64,000 nucleotides of DNA from Callorhinchus milii. Lineage: Eukaryota. The DNA is taken from contig NW_024704743.1 of the NCBI RefSeq assembly GCF_018977255.1, positions 74,960,001 to 75,024,000 of the forward strand, written 5' to 3'. The notes under the pieces are model-generated. The model searched no databases and was not told the origin of the DNA. It saw only the letters and a program-made list of their open reading frames with translations. Positions within the stretch are counted from its first letter, which is position 1; each line of letters begins with the position of its first letter. Position numbers and translations under genes: made by a program. Below are positions 1 through 10,763 of this stretch, piece by piece.

Positions 1-282
1 AAATTTACAGAGGTCTGGAATAAAAGTGATTAAGCCACACTCTGCCTGTTTGGGTGGACAAAGATCACTTGATACTATTTGAAAAGCGAAGGGAATTTCT
101 CCAGGAGTCCTGGCCATCGATCCAAGATTAATCGGTCATTCAACTCATGGCTGTCTTTGCAACATTACTGTGCAAAAATTGCTGTCATGCTTTCATTTGA
201 TTTAGCCTTCAAGCACTTCAAGTAGATTAAATGTATTTTTGGGTAATATATTGATACCAAAATGCATGATTTTTTTCTTCAG

Positions 283-456
283 TTACCTGAGGACTTTGCT
301 GTAGTGTTTGGTGAAGTTGGAGGAGAACTCTCTGTTGGAGGGGTCTTCTTGAGGATCTTTATTGTACAACCTGGTTGGGTTCTTCGAAAACCTCGTGAAT
401 TTCTCGTTGCATTGATGGAGAAACTTACAGAGCTGCTGGAAGCGAATAATCCACAT
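283..456 (+). CDS. DNAJC13: DNAJC13 exon (last-5)
   Basis: ttcAG/...CAT/GTaagt; 174 nt; LPEDF...EANNPH. Confidence 0.95.
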
Positions 457-3400
457 GTAAGTGCTTCAGTGGAAATATGGCCATCAGAAAAATGTCAGTT
501 GATTAAAATGTGTGAGTAATAACCACAGCATTAATTGCATGGGCTGTTTGTGAAATTGGAGAATCACGTTGACCCAAAGAGAATGTTCCAATCTACAGGT
601 TAAACATATGAATCAATGCAGAAATGAAAGACTAATTGCATATTTTCTTCTCTTCTCTCTTCCCCTTCCCTTCAAAGGGTGAAACCTTAGAAACCGTTAC
701 CACAGCAACAGTCTGCCTCTTTTATTCCCAGCCTCAGCTAGCAGACCAAATACCTCCATTAGGCCACCTTCCTAAAATTATTCAAGCTCTCAACCATAAA
801 AACACTGCCATCCCCAAGTCATCGATCCGGGTGATCCATTCTCTCGCTGACAATGAGGTAAAATTTTGCTGTGTTACAATGTTGCACATTTTATTCTGAA
901 TTTAGAGCTTTACCTGGACCTTTAAAAGTTGGATCCACTGTTGCAGAATGATGTTGAACAGCATAGTTGCTCCTGAACCTTCGATAAATCGTTTGTTCCA
1001 TGAGAATACTTGACTTGACTTAAGGGTTTAAAACTTTCAGTGGTGAATTCACTCAAAGTTCAGTAATCCTTTTTAAAGACATGCACCATCATGATGTCCA
1101 GAACAGTCCCTTTGCTGCTTTAAATTAACTGAAAACTTGCTTTATGTTATAACATTTTGTCCAGTCTGAGATTTAATTTACTAACCACTGCAGCCTTTGT
1201 TTCCCTCTGGAAGAGAGCACCAGCTGGTGAGTTTAGAATACTCCTGCAAGATCAGCCTTTATGTTAAACTCTCTGCACTATTGTTGAATCTTTAAACTCT
1301 CCATAAATTATGTATTCTTTGAGTTAGTTTCTTCACATGGCCTTAACTTCTGCAGCTTGTCTGGCCTGAGCTTTCAAGTGTTGATTCAGTCAGATGCAAG
1401 CTGTTACACTTGCAGGAGCGAGCCACTGGGTCATTTTAAGTGCAAGTAGACGCATTGGTCTATTGAAATGGTGATGATTTAACTTGAATTCTTCCTTTTT
1501 AAGTTGTGTGTTCGAGCTATGGCAGCACTAGAAACTATTGGACCTCTAATGAATGGAATGAAAATACGCTCGGATATGGTCGGCCTCGCCTCTGAAGCAC
1601 TAAATCGAATGTTTCAGAAAGAACAAACTGAATTAGTGGCACAGGTGGGTATGGTTGGAATCTGAGATCCTAGCAATTGAATTGTCTTCCAAAAATGCTA
1701 GGTAGCCACAGTATATAAATACTGATCAAGATCAGATTGGTTATAGATTAATTTTTGTTTCACTTAATCATGTCTCTTTTGCGAATCTAGTATTTGCTGA
1801 GCAGTTTTCAAATCCTGCAGCAAATTGCATACTTTTGTTTCACTTTCTCTCCTTTCCCTGATGGGCATTGGCTTGCATGAGTGTTGACTATCCTTTGGTA
1901 CCTTGGGTAATTAGCATGTGCATATTTCCTATTTGACCATGAGAGAAGGGTTTGCTTAACTCAATTGAGCCCACTGCTGTGATTCCCCAATGATGTGCTT
2001 GATCACAACAGTCGGTAGAACAATGAAAACAGCTGAGATGAACTCAATAACTGAGATCTGAAACTGGGACCTTCCTAGTCTGGGTGGCTCAAAGCAATCT
2101 CATTTGGGGGATTTAGGATACATTTTGTTGAGCCAATTTGTACATTTAAACTCCCATCATTTTCATGTTACTTTATCTTCCTTTTATTAAAAAAAAACAC
2201 TTATCCATTTGGACTGTCTTGTTGAGAATCTTTTTTGCAACACAGGGATTGAAAGCTGAGTTGGTTCCATACTTATTGAGGCTACTGGAAGGAATTGGTC
2301 TAGAGAGCCTTGAAAACCCAGCAGCCACAAAAGCTCAGATAGTAAATGCACTTAAATCAATGACACGGAGTCTGCAGTTTGGCGAACAGGTAAGTTTGTA
2401 AAAACATATTTACTTGAATCCAAATGTTGTAAACCCTTCAATCTTAATTAGCTCAAGTTCATTTTTTCCATTCATTTTCTTGGTTTGATAAAATAATCTG
2501 GGGAGTGTAGTAAAAGGAAAGTGATGTGGGCTGAAAGCTTTATTAAGGTTTTCTGATTGTCCAAATGTCTTGCTTTGCTCAATGGTACTTGAAGAGAAAA
2601 CATCTAACCTATTTCTACAGATTTGTTCCAGATCATTTGGTTCTCATCACTTTCAGTTTCTGATGTGATTATTGATTCCCTAGTGTAGTTCCTGTAGCTT
2701 GCTCTCCCTTTGGGGTTCTGTGTGAGTGACTGCATCTTTCTCAGCCTTGCCATGATTTATTCAGGGGATTGAGTTGCTGAGCTCAGAAATGCCTTGCCCT
2801 CAACCTCTGACTGGGATCAGGAAAAGGCTGGTTCTAATCTTGAGTGTGATCCATCCCCAAAGTGGGAATGGAAAAACCAGAATAAGGGCTATCTTGATTC
2901 TTGGTCACTAGGCTCAAACAGGGCTTGCCCAATTGGAGAAGCGATCCAGAGGATTGACTTGCTCATGAAGTCGTGATGTAAGGTATTGGGTCTGCACTAA
3001 TGTAGACAGCTTGGGACCCGGTTTGGGAGTTTCCTGGGGGGCAACTTGTGTTTTTGTAAACCAGGATATGGTTTAATTGGGTTGGGTGGAATAGCTGGCA
3101 GTGAGGACAAATACTACTTTTCTTAAAGATCCAATATTTTGTAATAATGTATGTTTTGTAATAATGTAATTTTTTTAAAGCCTACTAACAAGGTGAGAAT
3201 TGGTTTTGAGCTCCTGCTATTTTTATCTTAGGTGAATGAAATCCTGTCTCGTTCTTCTGTCTGGAGTGCCTTCAAAGACCAGAAGCACGATTTGTTCATT
3301 TCTGAGTCACAAACAGCAGGATATCTTACAGGTTAGTAATGTGTCTGCTTGTATTGCATTTAAAGCAGATGCAGACAATTTTATTCTGTAAAATGATTAT

Positions 3401-5382
3401 CAAGTTGCCAATCAACTTTTTTTCTCCCCCACCCTTCCTTTCCTTACACCCCTCTGTTCATCCCTAAAATTCTATACTAATATTGTTTTCTTGGCTACCT
3501 GGGAACACCCCTCTCTTATATGTTCCTCTCCCTGAAACAATCTTACAACTTAGAACCATAGAAATGTATAGCACAGATGCAGGCCATTTGGCCCATTGTG
3601 CATTTCATTTCCCTGTTATTTTAGTAAATTAGTATTACATTTATTTAGTCCATATTTCTCCAATGTATTTAGAACCTTTATCCACTTGACCTCATGGAAA
3701 CCAGGTTATCTTCTGGGTTAAAAGAAGAAAAAGAGCCACTCAGATGTCAGTGGCAATTTGTTGGAGCACATGTTTAATTAATGTGAACCAACTGTTTTGT
3801 AACTCTACCTTTGAGACCCAGAAGCTAAATCCAACAATTGAATGAAAACGTCATTGTTTTCTAAGAGGAAAAATGTGTTTTAAATCTCTAAAATACTTGG
3901 TGCATCCTTGATTTAGCATTGACAATGACCTTGAATTTATTTACCAATTCATAGGAAATTTGAGAGGTGTATATACTAATGCAAGCTTTTTCCCTCTTAC
4001 CAAAGAGTGAAATCTATTGCTTTCTCTCTATGCTTTCCCCTGTCATCTTCTGTATCTTTTCTCTTCCCTCCAGGTGTCTCACCTTCCCTTCTTACTGGTA
4101 CTAGCCCCCTTCACCTCAGAAGTGGCCTTTAGGGCTTCTATTCCAGCACTATGCTCATTTCTCATTAGGTCTGACAAAGGTAGATTATATTCTTGCTAAA
4201 TTTGTTTTGTGAGGCTTGTAAAGTTAAATATGTGGTTCTTTCACAATATTTATGCAGTTTTATTTTCATTCATATCTTTTGTACTGTGAATACATTACAT
4301 GTTAATAGTGACCAAGTTTCTGTTAACACAAACGCTCAATGTTTCATTTTAAAATCAATTAATATTCTCAAGATTCTTTACACTATGTGACTGATTTGTT
4401 TCCTTATCAAGCTTAATACTTTGCTGTGTATGACTGGTGACATTTACTGATGCTGCACACCTTTTCCCCCAAATTATTGCTTGTTTTATGTTTGTCCTCA
4501 ACAAAGCACTGTAACCTTTTAAAACCGGATGCACTATTCAAGTGTACCCAAATGTGGTAGAATACTGTTTCTTCTTCTGCCCCCACCCACCCCAAGTTGA
4601 ATCCTTTGATACACATGACATATTTGGGGTCATCTGGATCACTTTCAAGTACTGGTATATAGAGAAAAATAAACTTATCTGCATATGTTATACAAAGCAC
4701 ATTTCACTAATGCTGACAGCTCAATGTGTTGTGGATGTATAGCATGTGAATTCAACACTAGACTTCCAGATAGTGCACTCCCAGTCTCGGGGATGCTATT
4801 TGGGAGCGTTGAATCCCCAAAGCAGGGATTAGTTGTGGGCTTATCTGCTTCATTGAATACATCCCTGTCACTGATGGGGTAAGTGGTTTGGTAGAGCCTA
4901 GGGGTTGGTTATCTGCCTTCTCATCTGAGAATAGTGGGTTATATGTATTACAAATATCAAAGGTTTCTAGGAATACATTTGGGGGCACTATGGACCATTC
5001 TTGTTTTACTAAGACCCTCTAACTGTAGGGTTGGAATGGAATCAATATGAAAAGGTAGATGTAAGAGGAATGGATCAAGCATCAATAAATAATTATAACC
5101 ACAAATATATAAATGTAGATTTTGTTGCTGGTTTGAATCTTTACATTTTTCAGTGGAATAATTTTTAAATTGCCAGTTTTGCAGCTGAATATTCAGTTTA
5201 CTCTGCATATAGTAGAAGTGCTGCAGTACAGTCCGAATTCTACTGAAAATTTACTTTGATTATTTGCATCACTTTATGCAGGCCCTGGAATCGCTGGTTA
5301 TCTAACTGCAGGGACAATGACAACGGTATTACCAAGTGGGCCACCCCCTGTAGACAATGAAGTGGTTGACTTGGCCAGATGA
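283..5382 (+). CDS. DNAJC13: DnaJ homolog subfamily C member 13 (RME-8), 3' portion; join(283..456,678..857,1504..1644,2246..2389,3232..3331,5282..5382)
   Basis: Six GT-AG exons splice in frame to [26 protein letters not shown]...[34 protein letters not shown]...[13 protein letters not shown], the recognisable DNAJC13 C-terminus. Confidence 0.96.
678..857 (+). CDS. DNAJC13: DNAJC13 exon (last-4)
   Basis: caaAG/...GAG/GTaaaa; 180 nt; GETLETV...LADNE. Confidence 0.95.
1504..1644 (+). CDS. DNAJC13: DNAJC13 exon (last-3)
   Basis: ttaAG/...CAG/GTgggt; 141 nt; [20 protein letters not shown]...ELVAQ (not in ORF track). Confidence 0.95.
2246..2389 (+). CDS. DNAJC13: DNAJC13 exon (last-2)
   Basis: cacAG/...CAG/GTaagt; 144 nt; [11 protein letters not shown]...SLQFGEQ. 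Confidence 0.95.
3232..3331 (+). CDS. DNAJC13: DNAJC13 penultimate exon
   Basis: cttAG/...ACAG/GTtagt; 100 nt; [33 protein letters not shown]. Confidence 0.95.
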
Positions 5383-5491
5383 AAGATGATCTACACTCCA
5401 TGCCTTCAAGATTGAACTGTCATATCTATGGACTATTCTTGTTTTACTAAGACCCTCTAACTGTTGGGTTGGAATGGAATCAATATGAAAA
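4988..5491 (+). repeat. 66-bp direct repeat pair (4988-5053 and 5426-5491) flanking the DNAJC13 last coding exon
   Basis: ctatggac(c/t)attcttgttttactaagaccctctaactgt(a/t)gggttggaatggaatcaatatgaaaa; 2 mismatches. Confidence 0.92.
5282..5382 (+). CDS. DNAJC13: DNAJC13 last coding exon
   Basis: tgcAG/GC CCT GGA...; phase 1 matches; [36 protein letters not shown] at 5380-5382. Confidence 0.95.
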
Positions 5492-6146
5492 TGAGCTGTC
5501 CCATGTCTCCTTTGTGTTGCATTGTAAGTGTAACAGCTCTGTCTATAATTTTTATTTGTAAAGTGATCATTTTACCAGTGATCCAACATGTTCAGCATTT
5601 AACAATGGTAGCACTGTATGGATCAAAGCAGAGACAGAGTATGCAAGGTTTTTTCTTGTAACTGAAGTATTTTTGTTCCTTTGTAGCTGTATTAAGACTG
5701 TGAATCTCAATACTGGATTTTTTCTTAATTTTATAATTGGTGTTTTACGGTTCTCTGTAAGATAGCAGAGAAGTGAAATTGGTATCTGACGCCCAAATGT
5801 GAAACACTTGACTGCCATCTTAAGGGCATGGTAGAATGAAATATTTTCTGAAAAGCAACATTGGCATCAACTAAATGTGTTTCCTAAATCAGGCCTTGGA
5901 CCTCTCTAATTCTGCTATTTGTTAATCTTCAAAATGAGTCAGCTTATTACAACCATAAACCATTTGTATGTATAATTGCCTTCTATTACTGATGCAAAAA
6001 GAGCTTCTGGAAAATGTAACATGGATGTTCACATACTATAAATACCTATTGTCATTGTGACCTGTTCTATACAATACCCATGTGTAAACTTTCTATATTT
6101 GAATGTACATTAGTAAATCAGTCCTCCTTGTACATAAAATTTTAAG

Positions 6147-6152
6147 AATAAA
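6147..6152 (+). terminator. Candidate DNAJC13 polyadenylation signal (second AATAAA at 6352-6357)
   Basis: AATAAA ~770 nt after the stop in an AU-rich UTR with upstream TGTA motifs. Confidence 0.55.
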
Positions 6153-8280
6153 GTACAAAGGGAATTAGCATCCTTAATTATACAGTATTGTAGCAAGTGT
6201 GTGATAATTCTACAGAATATGCCTTTGGCATTATAACTTGCTGCTATGTTGCAATTTGATGTTTGAAGCTGATGATAGAATTTCTGAAACAATTGGCATA
6301 AAATAGAAATGTTCTTTGCAATTGCGTTTAAAAACTACGTCTAACTTTAGGAATAAAACCGATTTGGTTACTGCTAAATCCAACTGGTAGGTTATTCATT
6401 TATTATCCACCTCTAGTAGGCGTGAGTACAGTTAGCTGTTTAGCAATGGGAAGGGGGAAACTAACTGCTCACTCCTTAAATATGTTTCATTGCATGACTT
6501 ATGATTAGGCTTTACATATTCTCAGTAGATTACACTGATGTAGTCACTGAGGTTTTATCCTCCTATTTACATTGAATGCACTCAGTAAGGGAAACCTTTC
6601 TTCAATCAGTATATAATAATAATAATCCTTGCATTTGATATAGTGCTTTTCACGTCAGGAGGACGTCCCAAAGTGCTTCACAAAGCAAAATGATGTTTGA
6701 ATGCCTTTGAAACACTCATTTTGCCTTCGTTATGTGAAAGCTTAGACTTCTCCAATGCACTCATTGCTGTCTCCCTATCTCCACCATTCACAAGCTGTTA
6801 ATCATTCAACACTCCACCACCTGCATCAAGCTCTGTGCACCCAATACCCCTGTCCTCAACCGATTCCACTGCTCCCTTTCTCCCATCAGATCGATTTAAC
6901 CTACAATGCATCAACTCCCTGGTATTTCCTCCTCTCTGATCTTCAGTACTCCTCCAGTCAGTTAACTCCTGCTTGCTGTTCGTCCTCATCCTCTCCTCGC
7001 CAACATTAGCCCCCAAAACGTCAGTTCCTACACTGCTGACCTCTGGATCTCCCACTACCAATCCTCAGCCCCTCTCTTTGTCTAAGTCCCACTTCAAATC
7101 CTACCTTCAAACACATTTATCGCCCCTCCCCCTTTCTGGGCATCCAACCCTAACCTTGTCAAGACCTCAGATGTTGCCCTATGTGAAGGTTCCTGCATAA
7201 ATGCAAGTTGTTGATGTTAGGATTCTGAGATAATTGTGATATTTTACCTTTTTTAAAATCATCATTCCAAGTGCTTCAAAACTGCATCAGCTGTTCAAAG
7301 GGTTTTCACCATATGTTTCTAAGATGTCTCAGCAGGCTTGATGCCACAGAGATAATTAATTTGAAGACGAGCTTAGAAAACATTGGATTCAAATGGAATC
7401 TGCTCTGGCTACAGGTATTATAAACTAGTGGAGTTTGCTGGATTCTATGTAGAATTCATTGCTCTTTACCCTTTTTAATTAGATAGAGGAGTAGTATTGC
7501 AAGTTAATAAAACTCACTGAAGAACCCAAGTGCTTTGGCCAGGTGAGTAATTTTTTAAAGCAATTAAAATGTTTATTCATTTTAACAGTGGATAGCTTAA
7601 CATGTTGCTGACATCCTTTAAACAGTATTTTCATTCACAACTGGTGAGGGCTGTCCTGGTGACTTGGGAATTTTACAGCCATAGAAAAAAGAACCAGCGC
7701 AACTTTGGTTTCTACTCTTCCAAAGATCCCCTACAAAATGATTTGGGAGCTGATTTGGAGAAACTCTATATTAGAATGTCAGCTAAGGCTAAATTACAAT
7801 TCCTGATGTAGAAGCTTGAACCCCAACATTGACTGTGGAAAGAGTGTTACTAATCTTGGGCTGCAGGGTGTGCACAAGCTTAATTGTGCATCAGCCTTTT
7901 TCCTCAACACTAGGATTCTGAACTACTGTGTTCAATTATTTTGCTACTTTGGCCATTGAATACTTTCATGGTATCAGGCTGACAGTCGACCAATACACTC
8001 AACAACAAAATGACATTTGTATAGCACCTTTCACGTCAGGAGGATATCCCAAGGTGCTGAACAGAGTGTTTCAGAACCGAGTTAGGGTTGGCGAGGATGG
8101 AGGGCGGGGGGGAAGCAAGGTGATCAAAAGCACAGTCAAAGAGGAGAGTCTTGAGATGGGTCTTGGAGGGGGCGAGGCGGAAGGATGGAGGGATGGAGTT
8201 CCAGAGGGTGGGGGCTATGTGTGGAAAATTACTGTGCATAAGTTGGTTGCCGTGTTTGCCTACAAATGTCAATGTACAAT

Positions 8281-8310
8281 NNNNNNNNNNNNNNNNNNNN
8301 NNNNNNNNNN
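8281..8310. other. Assembly gap (30 N)
   Basis: Run of n. Confidence 1.
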
Positions 8311-8381
8311 GTTCCCTCTAGAGGGGGGAAGCGCGCACGTTTGCGCGTGGGGGGGTTTTCGGTCCGAGATATCCCGAATCG
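8311..8381 (+). promoter_or_regulatory. CpG-rich fragment, probable edge of the TOPBP1 promoter/exon 1 CpG island
   Basis: Dense CpGs (gcgcgcacgtttgcgcgt...tcggtccgagatatcccgaatcg) in otherwise CpG-poor DNA, 2.3 kb upstream of the ATG-containing exon, which itself starts at a splice acceptor. Confidence 0.45.
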
Positions 8382-8600
8382 CCCCCACACCCCTCACCCC
8401 CGATACCCCCCCACACCCCACACCCCTCACCCCCCGATACCCCCCCACACCCCACACCCCTCACCCCCCGATACCCCCCACCCCCACACCCTCACCCCCC
8501 GATACCCCCCCACACCCCACACCCTTCACCCCCGATACCCCCGATACCCCCTCACCCCCCACACCCCCTCATCCCCCGATACCCCCACACCCCCCCACAC
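8382..8600. repeat. C-rich minisatellite (~35-bp unit ccccccacaccccacacccctcaccccccgata)
   Basis: About 6 degenerate tandem units read directly. Confidence 0.9.
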
Positions 8601-9773
8601 ACACACACACACTGAGAGCTGGTGATATATACACACACACACAGAGTTGGTGAGATACACACACACACACAGAGTTGATGAGATACACACACACACTGAG
8701 AGTTGATGAGATACACACACTGAGAGTTGGTGATACACACACACACAGAGTTGGTGAAATACACACACACACACAGAGTTGGTGAAATACACACACACAC
8801 ACTGAGAGTTGGTGAGATACACACACACACACTGAGAGTTGGTGAGATACACACACACACAGAGTTGGTGAGATACACACACACACAGAGTTGGTGAAAT
8901 ACACACACACTGAGAGTTGGTGAAATACACACACACACACAGAGTTGATGAGATACACACACACACAGAGTTGGTGAGATACACACACACACACACACAG
9001 TTGGTGAGATACACACACAGAGTTGGTGAGATACACACACTGAGAGTTGGTGATACACACACACACTGAGAGTTGGTGAGATACACACACACACAGAGTT
9101 GGTGAGATACACACACACACAGAGTTGGTGTGATACACACACACACAGAGTTGGTGAGATACACACACACACAGAGTTGGTGATATATACGTACACACAC
9201 ACTGAGAGTTGGTGATATATACGTACACACACACTGAGAGTTGGTGATATATACGTACACACACACTGAGAGTTGGTGATATATACGTACACACACATTG
9301 AGAGTTGGTGATATACGTACACACACACTGAGAGTTGGTGAGATACACACACACACTGAGAGTTGGTGAGATACACACACACACTGAGAGTTGGTGAGAT
9401 ACACACACACACAGAGTTGGTGAGATACACACACACACAGAGTTGGTGAGATACACACACACACAGAGTTGGTGATATATACGTACACACACACTGAGAG
9501 TTGGTGATATATACGTACACACACACTGAGAGTTGGTGATATATACGTACACACACACTGAGAGTTGGTGATATATACGTACACACACATTGAGAGTTGG
9601 TGATATATACGTACACACACACTGAGAGTTGGTGATATATACGTACACACACATTGAGAGTTGGTGATATATACGTACACACACACTGAGTGTTGGTGAA
9701 ATACACACACACACTGAGAGTTGATGAGATACACACACACACACTGAGAGTTGGTGAGATACACACACACACA
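8596..9773. repeat. Compound minisatellite: GAGTTGGTGA(G/A/T)ATA + (CA)n, unit ~22-31 bp
   Basis: About 40 tandem units; variants with CTGA and TATACGTA inserts. Confidence 0.97.
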
Positions 9774-9801
9774 TCTTCTTTTATTAATAATAATCCTTGA
9801 A

Positions 9802-10330
9802 TTTGATATCGCTGCCAAAACCCTCATCCGCGCATTCATCACATCTCGGCTCTATGACAACTCCCTGTTTGTCGGCCTTCCCAACTCTTCTAATCCATAA
9901 GCTGCAGATCATCCAGCACTCTGCAGGTTGTGTCCTCTCCCGTACCAGGCTTCGTGAACCCATCGCCCTCGCCCGGCTCCATCGGCTCCCCATCCCTCAG
10001 AGGATAGAGTTCAAAATCCTTCAAGCCTCTCCGAGGCCTTGCCCTCCCTACCTCTGCAATCGCTGACCCCATATGAATCTGTCCGCACCCTCCGATCACC
10101 AGGCTCCAGGCTGCTCCACCATCAGCGGTTGGGCCTTCAGCATTTCTGCCCCCACCCAATGGAACTCCATCCCACATTCCCTTCCCCTTGCTCCCTCCCT
10201 TGCCCTCAAGGCAGTCTCAAAACCCTTCTTTTTGATCGAGCCTTCAGCACCCTCCCCGATCCCGACTCCCAGCTCGGGTCCAAATCCCTGACTGTCCAGT
10301 GCCTTGGGACGTCGTCCTGATGTGCACAGC
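9802..10330 (+). mobile_element. L2-clade LINE 3' fragment
   Basis: Encodes HKLQIIQHSA...LHRLPIPQRIEFKIL-like ORF2 end; tail cttgggacgtcgtcctgatgtg. Confidence 0.8.
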
Positions 10331-10679
10331 GCGTTCACATTGACAGCACATCTCAAAGAATTTCACAGGGTTTACTGTGAAGTGTACTCTCTATTTTTTA
10401 GGCCGGCAGGGCAGACAATTTGTGCACAGCAATGCCATTTCTTGTTTCTTTTTGACTCACAAACACAATTTTGTTTGGGGGATTAGTGACCAGGACACTG
10501 GGAAAATCTTGGCACTGTATTGGAGTATCAGCTTGGACTCTGAGGTCAAACTCTCTTGACTCAAGAGTGCTACTACCAACTGAGCTCGTATTCAGTGGTA
10601 TGCCACCAGTATTAACTACTCCAAATGTTTCATGTTTCAATAATGATTTGTACTGTTTTTGTCTCAATTTAGACAGAAA

Positions 10680-10763
10680 ATGTCAAAACCTGACAACTTG
10701 CCTTTTGTAAAATTTGTAACAACGGAAAAAATAAATTCTGAATATTTTACCAAAGCTTATGAG
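10680..10763 (+). CDS. TOPBP1: TOPBP1 coding exon 1 (ATG; exon begins ~10673)
   Basis: tttAG acagaaa ATG...GAG/GTaagt; [28 protein letters not shown]. Confidence 0.9.

Noticed and set aside
8340..8348. E2F site in the CpG-rich stub (tttgcgcg)
   Set aside because: Does not fit TTTSSCGC exactly, and the TSS is unknown.
7928..8653. 241-aa Pro/Thr/His-rich ORF
   Set aside because: Runs through an antisense L2 relic, the N-gap and the C-rich minisatellite.
8596..9773. CRISPR-like look of a constant repeat with variable spacers
   Set aside because: The 'spacers' are only (CA)n length variants, not unique sequences; vertebrate context; no cas genes.
8526..9842. Three overlapping 400+ aa Cys/Val-rich ORFs on the minus strand
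   Set aside because: Translation of the (TG)n-based tandem array, which lacks stops on that strand in all three frames; no splice or homology support.
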